Below, piece after piece: positions 9,356 to 19,339 of a stretch of 64,000 nucleotides of DNA. Every line of letters starts with the position of its first letter. Positions within the stretch are counted from its first letter, which is position 1. The stretch spans positions 32,001 to 96,000 of the forward strand of contig JBGTHM010000125.1 of assembly GCA_041746255.1 (NCBI GenBank), in the 5' to 3' direction. Source of the stretch: Fibrobacteria bacterium. Lineage in GTDB: Bacteria; Fibrobacterota; Fibrobacteria; UBA11236. Both the position numbers and the translations under genes were made by a program. The notes beneath the pieces are model-generated. The model was not told the DNA's origin and did no database searches. It worked only from the letters and a program-made list of their open reading frames with translations.

Positions 9356-10405
9356 TTAGGGCTCCAGGGTGGAGCAGCATCGAAATCCGATGGCCTCGGT
9401 GGAGGCTTCGGGAAGGTGGGCAAAGCGTGCCGCGCAGGAGGAATTTCCGGACCCGGCTTCCCAATTACCGCCACGCACCACTTTATCGGGGTACTTTGCG
9501 CCCCAGTTTGAAGCCGTCCATTCGTATACGTTTCCCGACATATCGTAAACGCCATGGGGGCTGCGACAGACGGAAAATTCGCCTGAGGTATGAATGGTAT
9601 TGGATTGGGTGTTGCACGCTCCCTCCACATAGGCCGGGCCATAGGGGTACAAACGTTTTTCCGTACCGCGACAGGCCATGTCCCATTCTTCCTCCCGGCA
9701 GAGGCGCTTACCTTGGCTGGAACAAAGCGCGGAAGCTTCGCGAAAGTTTTTATTGGTCAAGGGTTGTTCGCCATAAAGATTGGGGTATTCGAAATGGTCG
9801 ATGCAGAAAGGCTTGAGTTGCGCTTTTCGACCCTCGCCGCTCGAGTCTGGATTGGGAATCGCCTTGGGAGGAGTTATTCTCGCCATATCCTTGCCGCAAT
9901 TGCCATGGTGGGTACCCAGGCCGCCATCCAAGCGTCGCATGGATTCAGGAAGTATCCAAAACACCAACTCCCCGATAGGGCATGAACACGACTCCTGATA
10001 GGAGGCTTGAACCGTTCCCTGGTCGGTGGAAATGAGTTCCGCATAGAAAGAATATTCGCCGTCTTTGAAATCGAGTCTGGATACCAGTACCAGATTGATA
10101 TTCTTCCGCGCCAGGGATTGTAGGGATGGCGGCGTCGATTCCTGGAGATAAAGGCGGGCGCGATAATCGGAGGGAAGTTCTACCACCTTTACGGAGCGGA
10201 TTTTCTCCGATTCTTTGCGAAGAATATGGTAGAAGGTTTCCCGTGCCTCCGGATCCAAGTGCCCGCTTTGCACGGGCATGACGGCCAGTTGGGGTTTGGG
10301 AGGATTACGATACATCTTATAACGAAAAACCCTTTCCACACCCGCGTCGGCGGCCATGGAAAGGGTTAATAAAAAGAGGATGGGGCGAAGCCGGGTAAGG
10401 CGCAT
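9356..10405 (-). CDS. Secreted SUMF1/FGE-sulfatase-domain protein
   Basis: Signal peptide; FCIDHFEYPN, GKRLCREEEW, YPYG, GVYDMSGNVYEW, RGG.W, IGFRCC. Confidence 0.85.
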   Translation of the reverse strand: MRLTRLRPILFLLTLSMAADAGVERVFRYKMYRNPPKPQLAVMPVQSGHLDPEARETFYHILRKESEKIRSVKVVELPSDYRARLYLQESTPPSLQSLARKNINLVLVSRLDFKDGEYSFYAELISTDQGTVQASYQESCSCPIGELVFWILPESMRRLDGGLGTHHGNCGKDMARITPPKAIPNPDSSGEGRKAQLKPFCIDHFEYPNLYGEQPLTNKNFREASALCSSQGKRLCREEEWDMACRGTEKRLYPYGPAYVEGACNTQSNTIHTSGEFSVCRSPHGVYDMSGNVYEWTASNWGAKYPDKVVRGGNWEAGSGNSSCAARFAHLPEASTEAIGFRCCSTLEP

Positions 10406-10438
10406 ACCCCGTGATTCTACAGCTATTCCGGCTTCAAA

Positions 10439-13327
10439 TCACTTTTTTTGAGCTTTCTTCTTGGTCACCTTCTTGGCGGCCTTACGGGTAGTTTTGGGAG
10501 CTGCCTTTTTAACCGTCTTTTTGACGGTCGCCTTTTTTCGGGCGGGGGCGGCTTTTTTCACGGTCGCTTTTTTCTTGGCGGGGGCCGGTTTAGCAGCCTT
10601 CCGCGCCGGAGCGACCTTGACCTTGGTTTTACCGGCAACCTTTTGGGTGGATTTGGAGGCTGCGCGTTCTTCCAGCACGGCCTGCGCGGCGGCCAAGCGA
10701 GCTATCGGCACGCGATAGGGCGAGCAACTCACATAATCCAATCCCAGACGATGGCAGAACTTCACCGAAGAGGGATCACCGCCATGCTCGCCGCAAATAC
10801 CGACTTTGAGCTTGGGATTGCCTGAGCGGCCTCTTTCCACACCCATAGTGACCAGTTGGCCCACGCCTCTTTGATCCAAAACCTGGAAGGGGTCGTCGGG
10901 GAGGATTTTGCTGTCGGTGTAATGGCCCAGGAAAACGCCGGCGTCGTCGCGGCTGTATCCGAACGCCATTTGGGTGAGGTCGTTGGTGCCGAAGGAGAAG
11001 AAATCGGCTTCCTCGCTCAGCTCATCCGCAATCAGCGCCGCGCGCGGAATCTCAATCATGGTGCCGATGAGGTGTTCGATATTCTTGATGCCCTGTTCGG
11101 AACAGACTTCCGAAATCACGCGTTTCGCGTTTTCCTTCAGGATGGTCAGCTCCGCGCGGGCGCCTACCAGCGGAATCATGATTTCCGGAATCACCTTGAC
11201 TCCCTTGGATTTGACATTGATGGACGCCTCGATGATGGCGCGCACCTGCATGTCGTAAATCTCGGGATAGGTGATGCCCAGGCGGCAGCCGCGATGGCCG
11301 AGCATGGGATTCATTTCATGCAGGCTGGCGACCTTGTGCTTGATGGTATCCACGTTGACGCCCATGGTACGGGCCATTTCCGCTTGCTCCGCGTCGGTAT
11401 GCGGCAGGAATTCATGCAAGGGCGGGTCGAGAAGACGCACGGTAACGGGAAAGCCCTTCATGGCGATGAAGAGGCCTTCGAAATCCGCCCGTTGGATAGG
11501 CAGCAATTTCTTAAGGGCGGCTTTGCGGCCTTCCACGTCTTTGGCGAGAATCATTTCCCGGAAGAAGGAGAGGCGGTCGCCTTCGAAGAACATATGCTCG
11601 GTGCGGCAAAGCCCGATGCCCTTGGCGCCGAAACTGACGGCCACTTCGGCGTCTTTGGGAACGTCGGCATTGGCCCGTACTCCGAGGCGCTTAATCTGAT
11701 CCACCCATTCCATAAAAATCCCGAATTCGCCGGACAACGAAGCGGGTGTGGTATCGACCTTCCCCAACATCACCTCGCCCGAAGTGCCGTTGATGGAGAT
11801 CCAGTCTCCTTCAAGGATGGTATGTCCGCCTACCTTCACCGTGCGCGCATGCGAGTCGATGACCAGGGTGGAGCAGCCCGCAACGCAGGTCTTGCCCATG
11901 CCGCGCGCGACCACGGCCGCATGGGACGTCATGCCGCCACGACCGGTGAGAATGCCACGGGCGGAAATCATGCCCTCGATATCCTCGGGAGAGGTTTCCT
12001 GGCGCACCAAAATGGTTTGGCGGCCTTCTTCCATCCACTTCACCGAATCCTTGGCGGTGAAAACGACTTGCCCCGTGGCCGCTCCCGGAGAGGCGGGCAA
12101 ACCGATGGCGACCACATTCTTTTCGGCGCTGGGGTCGAAAGAAGGGTGCAGCAAATGGTTGAGGGAGTTGGCGTCCACCCGCATGATGGCTTCCTCTTTG
12201 GTGAGGACTTTTTCCTTGACCATGTCGACGGCGATTTTCACCGCGGCCGCGGCGGTACGTTTACCGTTACGGGTTTGCAGGATATACAGCTTGTTGTTCT
12301 CGATGGTGAACTCGATGTCCTGCATGTCGCGATAATGCGATTCGAGCAATTTGAAAATGCGGATAAGCTCCTTGTAGGAGTTCGGCATGGCCTCTTCGAG
12401 GGAAATTTGATCGGGCTCGGTTTTCGCCGCCGAAGCCACGGGCTGCGGCGTGCGAATGCCCGCCACCACGTCTTCGCCCTGGGCGTTGATGAGGTATTCG
12501 CCGTACAGAAGCCTTTCGCCGGTGGAAGGGTTGCGCGTAAAAGCGACGCCGGTGGCGCAATCGTCGCCCGCATTGCCGAAAACCATGGCCTGAACGGTAA
12601 CGGCCGTTCCCCATTCTTCGGGAATCTTGTTCATCTTGCGATAGATGATGGCGCGCTCGCTCATCCAGGAACTGAATACGGCTCCCACCGCGCCCCAGAG
12701 TTGGTCGAGAGGATTTTCCGGAAAAGGGCTGCCATGGCGCTGCAAGGTGATTTGCTTGAATTCAGCCACCAGGTTCTTTAGTTGCAAAGCGGTCAGTTGC
12801 GTATCTTCTTTCGCGCCGACGCTCAGTTTGGTTTCTTCCAGCACTTTTTCGAAATGCTCGGTATGCACTCCCAGAACCACGTCGGCGTACATCATGACGA
12901 AACGGCGGTAGGAGTCGTAGGCGAAACGGGCGTCGCCCGAAACGGCGATAAGGCCTTCGATGGTTTCATCGTTGAGCCCCAGGTTGAGAACCGTGTCCAT
13001 CATGCCGGGCATGGAGGCGCGGGCGCCGGAGCGTACGGAAACCAGCAGGGGGTTTTTCTTGTCGCCGAATTTTTTCCCTAATTCTTTTTCGATGCGGCCT
13101 AAATTGGCAAGCACCTGTTCCTTGACTCCGGTGGGATATTTACCGTTATTGGCGTAAAAACCGGTGCATACCTCGGTGGTAACGGTGAATCCCGGGGGCA
13201 CGGGCAACCCGATGGTGGCCATATCCGCGAGATTGGCGCCTTTGCCGCCCAAAAGCTCGCGCTGCCAGCCCTTGCCATCCGATTTTCCTTTACCGAAGTA
13301 ATAAACGTATTTGGCACCCTTGGCCAT
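10439..13327 (-). CDS. ppdK: Pyruvate phosphate dikinase with a Lys/Ala-rich C-terminal extension
   Basis: LLGGKGANL, SVRSGARASMPGMMDT, GGMTSHAAVVAR (phospho-His), GIGLCRTEHMF, FSFGTNDLTQ, GICGEHGG. Confidence 0.98.
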   Translation of the reverse strand: MAKGAKYVYYFGKGKSDGKGWQRELLGGKGANLADMATIGLPVPPGFTVTTEVCTGFYANNGKYPTGVKEQVLANLGRIEKELGKKFGDKKNPLLVSVRSGARASMPGMMDTVLNLGLNDETIEGLIAVSGDARFAYDSYRRFVMMYADVVLGVHTEHFEKVLEETKLSVGAKEDTQLTALQLKNLVAEFKQITLQRHGSPFPENPLDQLWGAVGAVFSSWMSERAIIYRKMNKIPEEWGTAVTVQAMVFGNAGDDCATGVAFTRNPSTGERLLYGEYLINAQGEDVVAGIRTPQPVASAAKTEPDQISLEEAMPNSYKELIRIFKLLESHYRDMQDIEFTIENNKLYILQTRNGKRTAAAAVKIAVDMVKEKVLTKEEAIMRVDANSLNHLLHPSFDPSAEKNVVAIGLPASPGAATGQVVFTAKDSVKWMEEGRQTILVRQETSPEDIEGMISARGILTGRGGMTSHAAVVARGMGKTCVAGCSTLVIDSHARTVKVGGHTILEGDWISINGTSGEVMLGKVDTTPASLSGEFGIFMEWVDQIKRLGVRANADVPKDAEVAVSFGAKGIGLCRTEHMFFEGDRLSFFREMILAKDVEGRKAALKKLLPIQRADFEGLFIAMKGFPVTVRLLDPPLHEFLPHTDAEQAEMARTMGVNVDTIKHKVASLHEMNPMLGHRGCRLGITYPEIYDMQVRAIIEASINVKSKGVKVIPEIMIPLVGARAELTILKENAKRVISEVCSEQGIKNIEHLIGTMIEIPRAALIADELSEEADFFSFGTNDLTQMAFGYSRDDAGVFLGHYTDSKILPDDPFQVLDQRGVGQLVTMGVERGRSGNPKLKVGICGEHGGDPSSVKFCHRLGLDYVSCSPYRVPIARLAAAQAVLEERAASKSTQKVAGKTKVKVAPARKAAKPAPAKKKATVKKAAPARKKATVKKTVKKAAPKTTRKAAKKVTKKKAQKK

Positions 13328-13472
13328 AGAGAAACTCCCTTCTAATTCGACACGGTCAATTATTGAAAAAGCTCAATTTAATCGAAGGGACCGGCACCCG
13401 GCAAGTTAAGCGTCTGTTTTTTTCAATATGGAGTGGAACAGGGTGAGGTAATCACCCCAGTCGGTGTGGGGC

Positions 13473-14279
13473 TCAGGATAAACTAAGGCGTAGGATTCCG
13501 GAATCACGCGGGTCACGTTCAAAATTCGCGCGGGAATCGCCGCGAATTGAGCGATTATACAGCTCCCGTTCGGTTTTAAGGGCGCGAACGTGGAGGATTT
13601 CCTGTTCTAAGCGTCTGTACTCACCCAGCCGAACCTGAAAGCCAAGCAGCGAGTCGAACAGGTTCTGTGCATAGAAGGATTGAGAGTCATGGGCCAGATG
13701 CTCCTGGGTCTTTTCCAGGAGGGAGCGTAAGGGGGCGGGATTGGTAAATTCCTGATTTGAGTTTTTAGTGGCCAGGTAAATATGCAGTGATCCCCGGTGA
13801 AACTCGGGATGCACTTTGGCATCGGTGAGGCAGGCTTCATTGCGCAGGATTTTGGGGAAGAGAAAATCCTCCTCACTTCCGAGCAGGAGGATGAATTGCT
13901 GGACGAAATTTTTGAAATCACTTTGGATTTCGAGTAGCCACCCCCCTTCCGAAGAGGATGGGATGGAGTGGATATCCAGAATATGGCTGATATCGGGGAT
14001 ATCCTGCAGCAAAAAATTCCTATGGATTTCGGTAAGGAAATCACAGAGGAAATGGAGAGGCAGATGCTCCCAGTCGCTACCCGCAGCGGGAATTTCGGTA
14101 TCTTCCAGTTGCCGTAAGAAAAGTCCGCCGTCGAGGCCCGTGTATTGGAAAAAAAACTCGAGCCGCTGGTCCAGATAATTCCAAGGGCTTATCTCATACC
14201 GATTCAGCGATTCCAGCAGCATGGGACGGATTTTTAATGCGGTTCTCAGCGTAACGGTGGGAACTATCAGGTTTTTCAT
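13473..14279 (-). CDS. RIC/ScdA-like (hemerythrin-fold) protein, degenerate
   Basis: DWEHLPLHFLCDFLTEIHRNFLLQDIP, EEDFLFP and LEQEILH echo RIC-family repeats (DW...L.D.I...HH..L...LP; H..KEE..LFP; H..LEN.ILF). Confidence 0.55.
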   Translation of the reverse strand: MKNLIVPTVTLRTALKIRPMLLESLNRYEISPWNYLDQRLEFFFQYTGLDGGLFLRQLEDTEIPAAGSDWEHLPLHFLCDFLTEIHRNFLLQDIPDISHILDIHSIPSSSEGGWLLEIQSDFKNFVQQFILLLGSEEDFLFPKILRNEACLTDAKVHPEFHRGSLHIYLATKNSNQEFTNPAPLRSLLEKTQEHLAHDSQSFYAQNLFDSLLGFQVRLGEYRRLEQEILHVRALKTERELYNRSIRGDSRANFERDPRDSGILRLSLS

Positions 14280-14449
14280 GACAGCCGGGGCCTTCCTGGA
14301 AACCGCAAGCGGAGGGGACTGGCCTAAACTAGTCGGATCAGGAAGAAAAAAACATGCGATTTTTACTCACAGTACATTTTATAGTCAGAAGCGGCGAATA
14401 TTGCATTTTAACGAATAAATTCTGGGTCAATTAACCCCAGCTCGAGCCA

Positions 14450-15601
14450 TCAAAGCACCTGAAACCCCAATGTGACGAGTTTTTCCCGTAAGGGTTTCCG
14501 GTCGGAGGGAATTTCGGTTATTTCGAAATCGCGGGTTTCGAAACGAATGGGGTAGCGTTTTCGCAGCGAATCAAAGGCAATCGCCGGGTCAGGCTCCCGT
14601 AATGCCCTTCGCAGTGACGCATCGTCCACGTGGATGGGGTAGACGCGCTGGTAGCAATGGGAGATAAAATCCAGGTCGCTTTGGGCGCCGAATCCGGAGG
14701 AAAAAACGATTTGTTGGTCTAAAGGAGTAGGAATCCGGGGATTCCAGGCGGGAGTTCGGCCACAAAAGCGGTGATAGGCCTGGCTTAAGGCCAGGGTACC
14801 GTTTAATTTGCCGTGCACGGAATGTCCGGCAATATGCGGAGTTGCGAAAAAGGCGGAATCCACGGTAGCGGCTGCAATTGCGGGCTCATTTTCAAAAACA
14901 TCCAGGACCAGGGCTTTAAGCCGACCCGATTTCTGCATCGTGAGCAAATCGTTTTCGATCACCACTTCGCCTCTGCAGGTATTCACTACGACATTGAGAT
15001 TGGGAAAGGAGGATAACCAGGCGGCATCCACCATTCCCTGGGTGGCATAGGGTCCAGAGCGTGAAAGAGGAACATGAAAGGTGAGCAAGGTGCAGGTTTC
15101 GCGTAGCGTTTGCAATGAATCCAAACTTGATCCCGGCTCCCTCTCCTGGCGGGGCGGATCATAGCGTAAAACCCGTAACCCCAGGGCCTCCGCCGCAATT
15201 GCGGTCCGGGAACCTACATGACCGCAGCCCACAATGCCCAGGACATCGCTCCCCTCGGTCCAATAGCCTTTTTCCCGCAGTGCCAGGAGAGCCGCGGTCA
15301 CATAGTCCTTCACAGCGTCGGCATTACAACCCGGGGCGGCCGTGAAAGCGATATCCCGTCCGTTTAGGTAATTCAGATCGATATGGTCGGTTCCGATGGT
15401 CGCGGTGCCTACGAATTGAACCGGCGTGTCTTCCAACAAGCTGGCATCAACCAGGGTTATAGAGCGCACCATGAGGGCATCGGCCTCGGTGAGATCCGAT
15501 TTTTTCAGGTCTCGCCCCGCAAAAGGAACAACTTCGCCCAGGCCTGAAAAAGCCTCTCTTCCCTGGGGAATGTTTTCGTCCACAAAGATTTTACCGGGCA
15601 T
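14450..15601 (-). CDS. pdxB: Erythronate-4-phosphate dehydrogenase
   Basis: KIFVDENIP, VRSIT, GTATIGTDH, APGCNA, GCGHVG, HVPL, LDVFENEP, TPHIAG, FDSLRKRYP; start at ATG 15601. Confidence 0.93.
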   Translation of the reverse strand: MPGKIFVDENIPQGREAFSGLGEVVPFAGRDLKKSDLTEADALMVRSITLVDASLLEDTPVQFVGTATIGTDHIDLNYLNGRDIAFTAAPGCNADAVKDYVTAALLALREKGYWTEGSDVLGIVGCGHVGSRTAIAAEALGLRVLRYDPPRQEREPGSSLDSLQTLRETCTLLTFHVPLSRSGPYATQGMVDAAWLSSFPNLNVVVNTCRGEVVIENDLLTMQKSGRLKALVLDVFENEPAIAAATVDSAFFATPHIAGHSVHGKLNGTLALSQAYHRFCGRTPAWNPRIPTPLDQQIVFSSGFGAQSDLDFISHCYQRVYPIHVDDASLRRALREPDPAIAFDSLRKRYPIRFETRDFEITEIPSDRKPLREKLVTLGFQVL

Positions 15602-15663
15602 GGATTCGGCTCTTGGTAGGTGGTTTCGGTGACAACGCTTGAGCAAGTTAGCATTTTTGCTTT

Positions 15664-16587
15664 ATGACCCGCCCTCCCCACGACCCTTCCCTAAACGCTA
15701 TGGCCGACGCCATGGTCGAGGCAATCAACCACGACGCATTGGCGAATATTTTCGAAAACAGCTGCCTGCCCGGGCGCCGGTCCATGGCTAAGTTGGTCGA
15801 TGCCCTGCTCGATCTGCTCTTTCCCGGGGTCTTCGGTGAAAAGCCGGTTAAAGAAAAGGAATTGCCTGGATACTTACGCGAAAATTTCCATGCCGTAGGT
15901 TCCGTTCTGGAAAATTATGTGGGCATGTGCTTAAGCTTCCGGCCCAAAACGGATGGATCGGTTACCGGGACGGAAATACCCGGACATGAAGTGACGGCGA
16001 AAGCCAAGGCTATTGTGGGGGAGTTCTTCCAAGCGCTGCCATGGATAAGGCAGGTTCTTTCCCATGATTTGCAGGCCGCCTACGAGGGCGACCCGGCTGC
16101 CGGATCCATTCTCGAAGTGCTGATGGGATATCCTTTCGTGGAGGCCATCGCCACCCATCGCCTCGCGCATGAATTGTACCGGCAGAAGGTTCCCCTATTG
16201 CCTCGCATGATGAACGAAGTGGCGCATTCCCGCACAGGCATAGACATCCATCCCGGCGCCACGATTGGGTCCGGATTTTTCATTGATCACGGCACCGGTG
16301 TGGTTATCGGTGAAACGTCGGTCTTGGGCAAAGGAGTGAAGCTCTATCAAGGTGTCACTCTCGGCGCTTTGAGTTTCCCCAAGGATAAAGATGGCAGTCT
16401 TATCAAGGGTGTGAAGCGGCATCCCAATATCGAAGACGGGGTGACCATTTACGCCGGTTCCACCGTTTTAGGCGGCCAGACGACCATCGGTAAGGGAAGC
16501 ACCATCGGCGGCAATTGCTGGATCACGTCATCGGTGCCTCCCGAAACCCTGGTGTTGGCAGAACATAATCGCCGCGAAAGGGCGTGA
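15664..16587 (+). CDS. cysE: Serine O-acetyltransferase (CysE/EpsC type)
   Basis: AAYEGDPAA, HRLAHELY, TGIDIHPGA, FIDHGTGVVIGET, YQGVTLGA, KRHP. Confidence 0.93.
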   Translation: MTRPPHDPSLNAMADAMVEAINHDALANIFENSCLPGRRSMAKLVDALLDLLFPGVFGEKPVKEKELPGYLRENFHAVGSVLENYVGMCLSFRPKTDGSVTGTEIPGHEVTAKAKAIVGEFFQALPWIRQVLSHDLQAAYEGDPAAGSILEVLMGYPFVEAIATHRLAHELYRQKVPLLPRMMNEVAHSRTGIDIHPGATIGSGFFIDHGTGVVIGETSVLGKGVKLYQGVTLGALSFPKDKDGSLIKGVKRHPNIEDGVTIYAGSTVLGGQTTIGKGSTIGGNCWITSSVPPETLVLAEHNRRERA

Positions 16588-16624
16588 CTTCCCTAAAAGC
16601 CTCGTCCGGGATTATAATGCGCTT

Positions 16625-17746
16625 ATGCCCATGCAAGCTTCCCCCGCCATCCGATTAGCTTTAATTGGTCCGGACGATTCCATTCGCTGCGGCATTGCCG
16701 ATTATGTTTTTGATTTGCGCTCCGCGCTGGCCGCGCGTTGCGACCTCAGATTTTTCGACTACGAGAGTTCCTTAAAAACCCAGGCCTTGTCGGAATGCCA
16801 GGCGCTGCTCGTGCATTACGAGCGTTCGCGGGTTCCCGGTCCCGGCTATTTGCGTAAGCTGTCGCTCCGCCATCCCGGAAAATTGTTCGTGGTTCCCCAT
16901 GAGGTGTACGGAAAAGATCCCCTGGCGTTTCCCTATGAAGGTCTTCGCAGCCGCCATTCGCTGGGCCTATTCCTCAAAAAGGCGCTGTATCGGTGGCGGC
17001 ATAGGGCCTATGCCCGGGAGAAGGAGTTGGAGGGCCAAGGATACCATGCCCGGGGCGTGATACCCCTTTCCGATCCGGCGGCGGCTGTGCTGCGGCGCAG
17101 CGGTGCGGGAAACGTATTGAAACCCGTGCCTCACGCCGCCTGGGAAAATCCGGGCCACTCCGTAACCGGAAAGTTATCCCTAGCAGGCAAGTTACCCCGG
17201 CGGGAGGAGTTGTTGCCGGCGCAACCCGATTTTGTAGCGGGTATTTTCGGTTTCCTCAATAGGGGAGTGGACTATTCCCTGGCGTTCACCATGCTGGAAC
17301 GATTTCCGAAAATGGGATTGTTGCTCCTGGGAGGCGATCGGGGCGGTGGAAACCTGCGCACCTGGCTGGAGGAGGAAATCCTGAGACGGGGATTGCAAGG
17401 CCGGGTGGGAATCTCGGGGTATATTGAAACCGAAGATACGCCTTATTATTGGAGTCTATGCGACTTGTTCCTCTGCCCTTTTCGGTTCAAGAGCAGTTCC
17501 GGCTCCATGCTGAGACTGGTGCATACCGGTAAGCCCATTGTCGCCGGAGATTTGGCGATTGTCCACTATCTTCAGGGGTTGGGGGCCCCGTTCCTCCTGT
17601 ATCGGAGCCAGGATGAATTGGCATCTTTGCTTAGGCGCGCGGGCGCCCGTACCCTGCCGGCATTTCCGAATACTTATCCGTTTAATTTCGCTACCGTGGC
17701 GGGCGAATACTTGCGCGTCATATCGGAAGCGTTAAAAATTGAATGA
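16625..17746 (+). CDS. Glycosyltransferase, GT-B fold (family 4-like)
   Basis: CGIADY N-terminal motif, FGFL, CDLFLCPF...SSSGS...GKPIVA C-terminal GT4 pattern. Confidence 0.75.
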   Translation: MPMQASPAIRLALIGPDDSIRCGIADYVFDLRSALAARCDLRFFDYESSLKTQALSECQALLVHYERSRVPGPGYLRKLSLRHPGKLFVVPHEVYGKDPLAFPYEGLRSRHSLGLFLKKALYRWRHRAYAREKELEGQGYHARGVIPLSDPAAAVLRRSGAGNVLKPVPHAAWENPGHSVTGKLSLAGKLPRREELLPAQPDFVAGIFGFLNRGVDYSLAFTMLERFPKMGLLLLGGDRGGGNLRTWLEEEILRRGLQGRVGISGYIETEDTPYYWSLCDLFLCPFRFKSSSGSMLRLVHTGKPIVAGDLAIVHYLQGLGAPFLLYRSQDELASLLRRAGARTLPAFPNTYPFNFATVAGEYLRVISEALKIE

Positions 17747-19339
17747 GAGCCGGATCAAAAGGTTGTGGTCTACCCGATAGGGATTGTCAACTTGTTCAAC
17801 CAACTCTTTCAAGCGGAAAAGATAACCCACTTCCAGATTGCGAGTCAGCAATACGCGTAGGTCGGTGGTGAATTCCACCAGCTCAATGTCCCGGGGATTT
17901 CCCTCCGGTGCAAACAATTCGGACCGGAAATCGACGGTGAGCATCGAGCCCAGGCGAAGCCTGGCGTTGATGATATTTTCCACACCAATTTCGTAAAGGT
18001 CGCTGGGTATCAGAAATTGTCTCGGATTATCGGTGGCTAGATAACTGCCTCCAAAAATATGTTGGCGCGCGGCAACGCCTAATTGGGTGGAGAACTCCAG
18101 GGATGTGGAAGACATCAACTCCAAATTCACGCCGATACCTTCGGTAAAACGCAGGGGATACAAGGGGGGTTTGAATTCAAACCCCCCGCCGGTAATGGTT
18201 TCCAAAGTGTCGGGATTTTCGCCCGGGGAGACGATGTAAACGGTCTCTTCAGGTGATTTTACCGGAAAAAAGTGGGTTTCGAGCTGCCCTCGCACATAGG
18301 GGCCCACCCATTGGTTCATGCGCCGGACCCAGGTGGAACGGGCTTGCAGGATGTCCGAGCTGACGATGAGAGGTTTGCCGCCGCTTTTGCTGAAATTACT
18401 TTGCAGGAAGATTTCGCTCAGGCCGAAATACAACGAATTATCAAAACGTAAACGGGTGCGTGCATCCGTGGCGATGATAATACCGTCTGAGCGTGATCCG
18501 GTTCCCTCATCCTTCCAGAAAAGATTGACGAGGCCCCCCGCCCTTATTCCCAGGCTCCAATTACGGCCGACCCGTTGCCGGGTTTGCAAAGCCTTGATCC
18601 CACCTGAAAGAATTTCGAGGCCTTGGGTGTCGTAAATAAGTTCAACCAGGGATATCTCGCCGGGATTGACCTGGACGGTAATGTAGTTCGTCAATGAGCC
18701 GAGATTGTCTCCGACTCTTCCCAGCCGGTAGACACCCGGCGGTAGAATCCAGGATTTGATATCCTGCAACCGTTCTTCCTTGTAACCATAGCCTTTTCCG
18801 TAGCTTTCGCCGGTACTGAGCCTGATGATTTCGTATTGGGCATCGAGGTATTCGCCATCCCGGCTGAGCGTTTCCACGATTAGACCGCTCCAGGTAGGGG
18901 GAACCACGGTAGTGTGGCCCTCGGCTACTTCGACGGTATAGCTCAGTTGCTGGCCGGCGGTGCCGGATCCGTATCGGACGACATAGGTTCCGGAATCAAC
19001 CAAAATGCGGCTTCCCGATTGGCCATTGGCGGCTTCCCTGCCATTGGCGTTGAAAATGCTTACTTCGGGTTCGCGCCGAGGTTCAGAGAAGCTGGGTACG
19101 AAAATGGCCCCCTTGCTCAGCGAAATCAGAGTAATATCTCGCGAAAGCTGCTCTTCGACCGAAGGCGCCAGCCAATTGGCGCCGCGGCGAGGCAGGGCCG
19201 GTTCTTTAATGACTCGTTCGCGTGATCTTTCCACCTCACGTTCAGAACCGGAAACCTCTTCGCCGGGAAGTCCGGAATCGGCTTCGATACGACCTATCGC
19301 GGCGGAAAGTATTAAAAGCAGAAGCAATAGACGGTTCAA
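17732..19339 (-). CDS. Secreted protein with a probable C-terminal outer-membrane beta-barrel (DUF3078-like)
   Basis: Signal peptide, small beta-rich N-terminal domains, alternating amphipathic strands in the C-terminal half, terminal RLSFNF; overlaps the upstream gene stop by 4 bp. Confidence 0.6.
   Translation of the reverse strand: MNRLLLLLLILSAAIGRIEADSGLPGEEVSGSEREVERSRERVIKEPALPRRGANWLAPSVEEQLSRDITLISLSKGAIFVPSFSEPRREPEVSIFNANGREAANGQSGSRILVDSGTYVVRYGSGTAGQQLSYTVEVAEGHTTVVPPTWSGLIVETLSRDGEYLDAQYEIIRLSTGESYGKGYGYKEERLQDIKSWILPPGVYRLGRVGDNLGSLTNYITVQVNPGEISLVELIYDTQGLEILSGGIKALQTRQRVGRNWSLGIRAGGLVNLFWKDEGTGSRSDGIIIATDARTRLRFDNSLYFGLSEIFLQSNFSKSGGKPLIVSSDILQARSTWVRRMNQWVGPYVRGQLETHFFPVKSPEETVYIVSPGENPDTLETITGGGFEFKPPLYPLRFTEGIGVNLELMSSTSLEFSTQLGVAARQHIFGGSYLATDNPRQFLIPSDLYEIGVENIINARLRLGSMLTVDFRSELFAPEGNPRDIELVEFTTDLRVLLTRNLEVGYLFRLKELVEQVDNPYRVDHNLLIRLSFNF

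Noticed and set aside
10856..12781. 641-aa plus-strand ORF
   Set aside because: Antisense shadow of the highly conserved ppdK, caused by codon bias.
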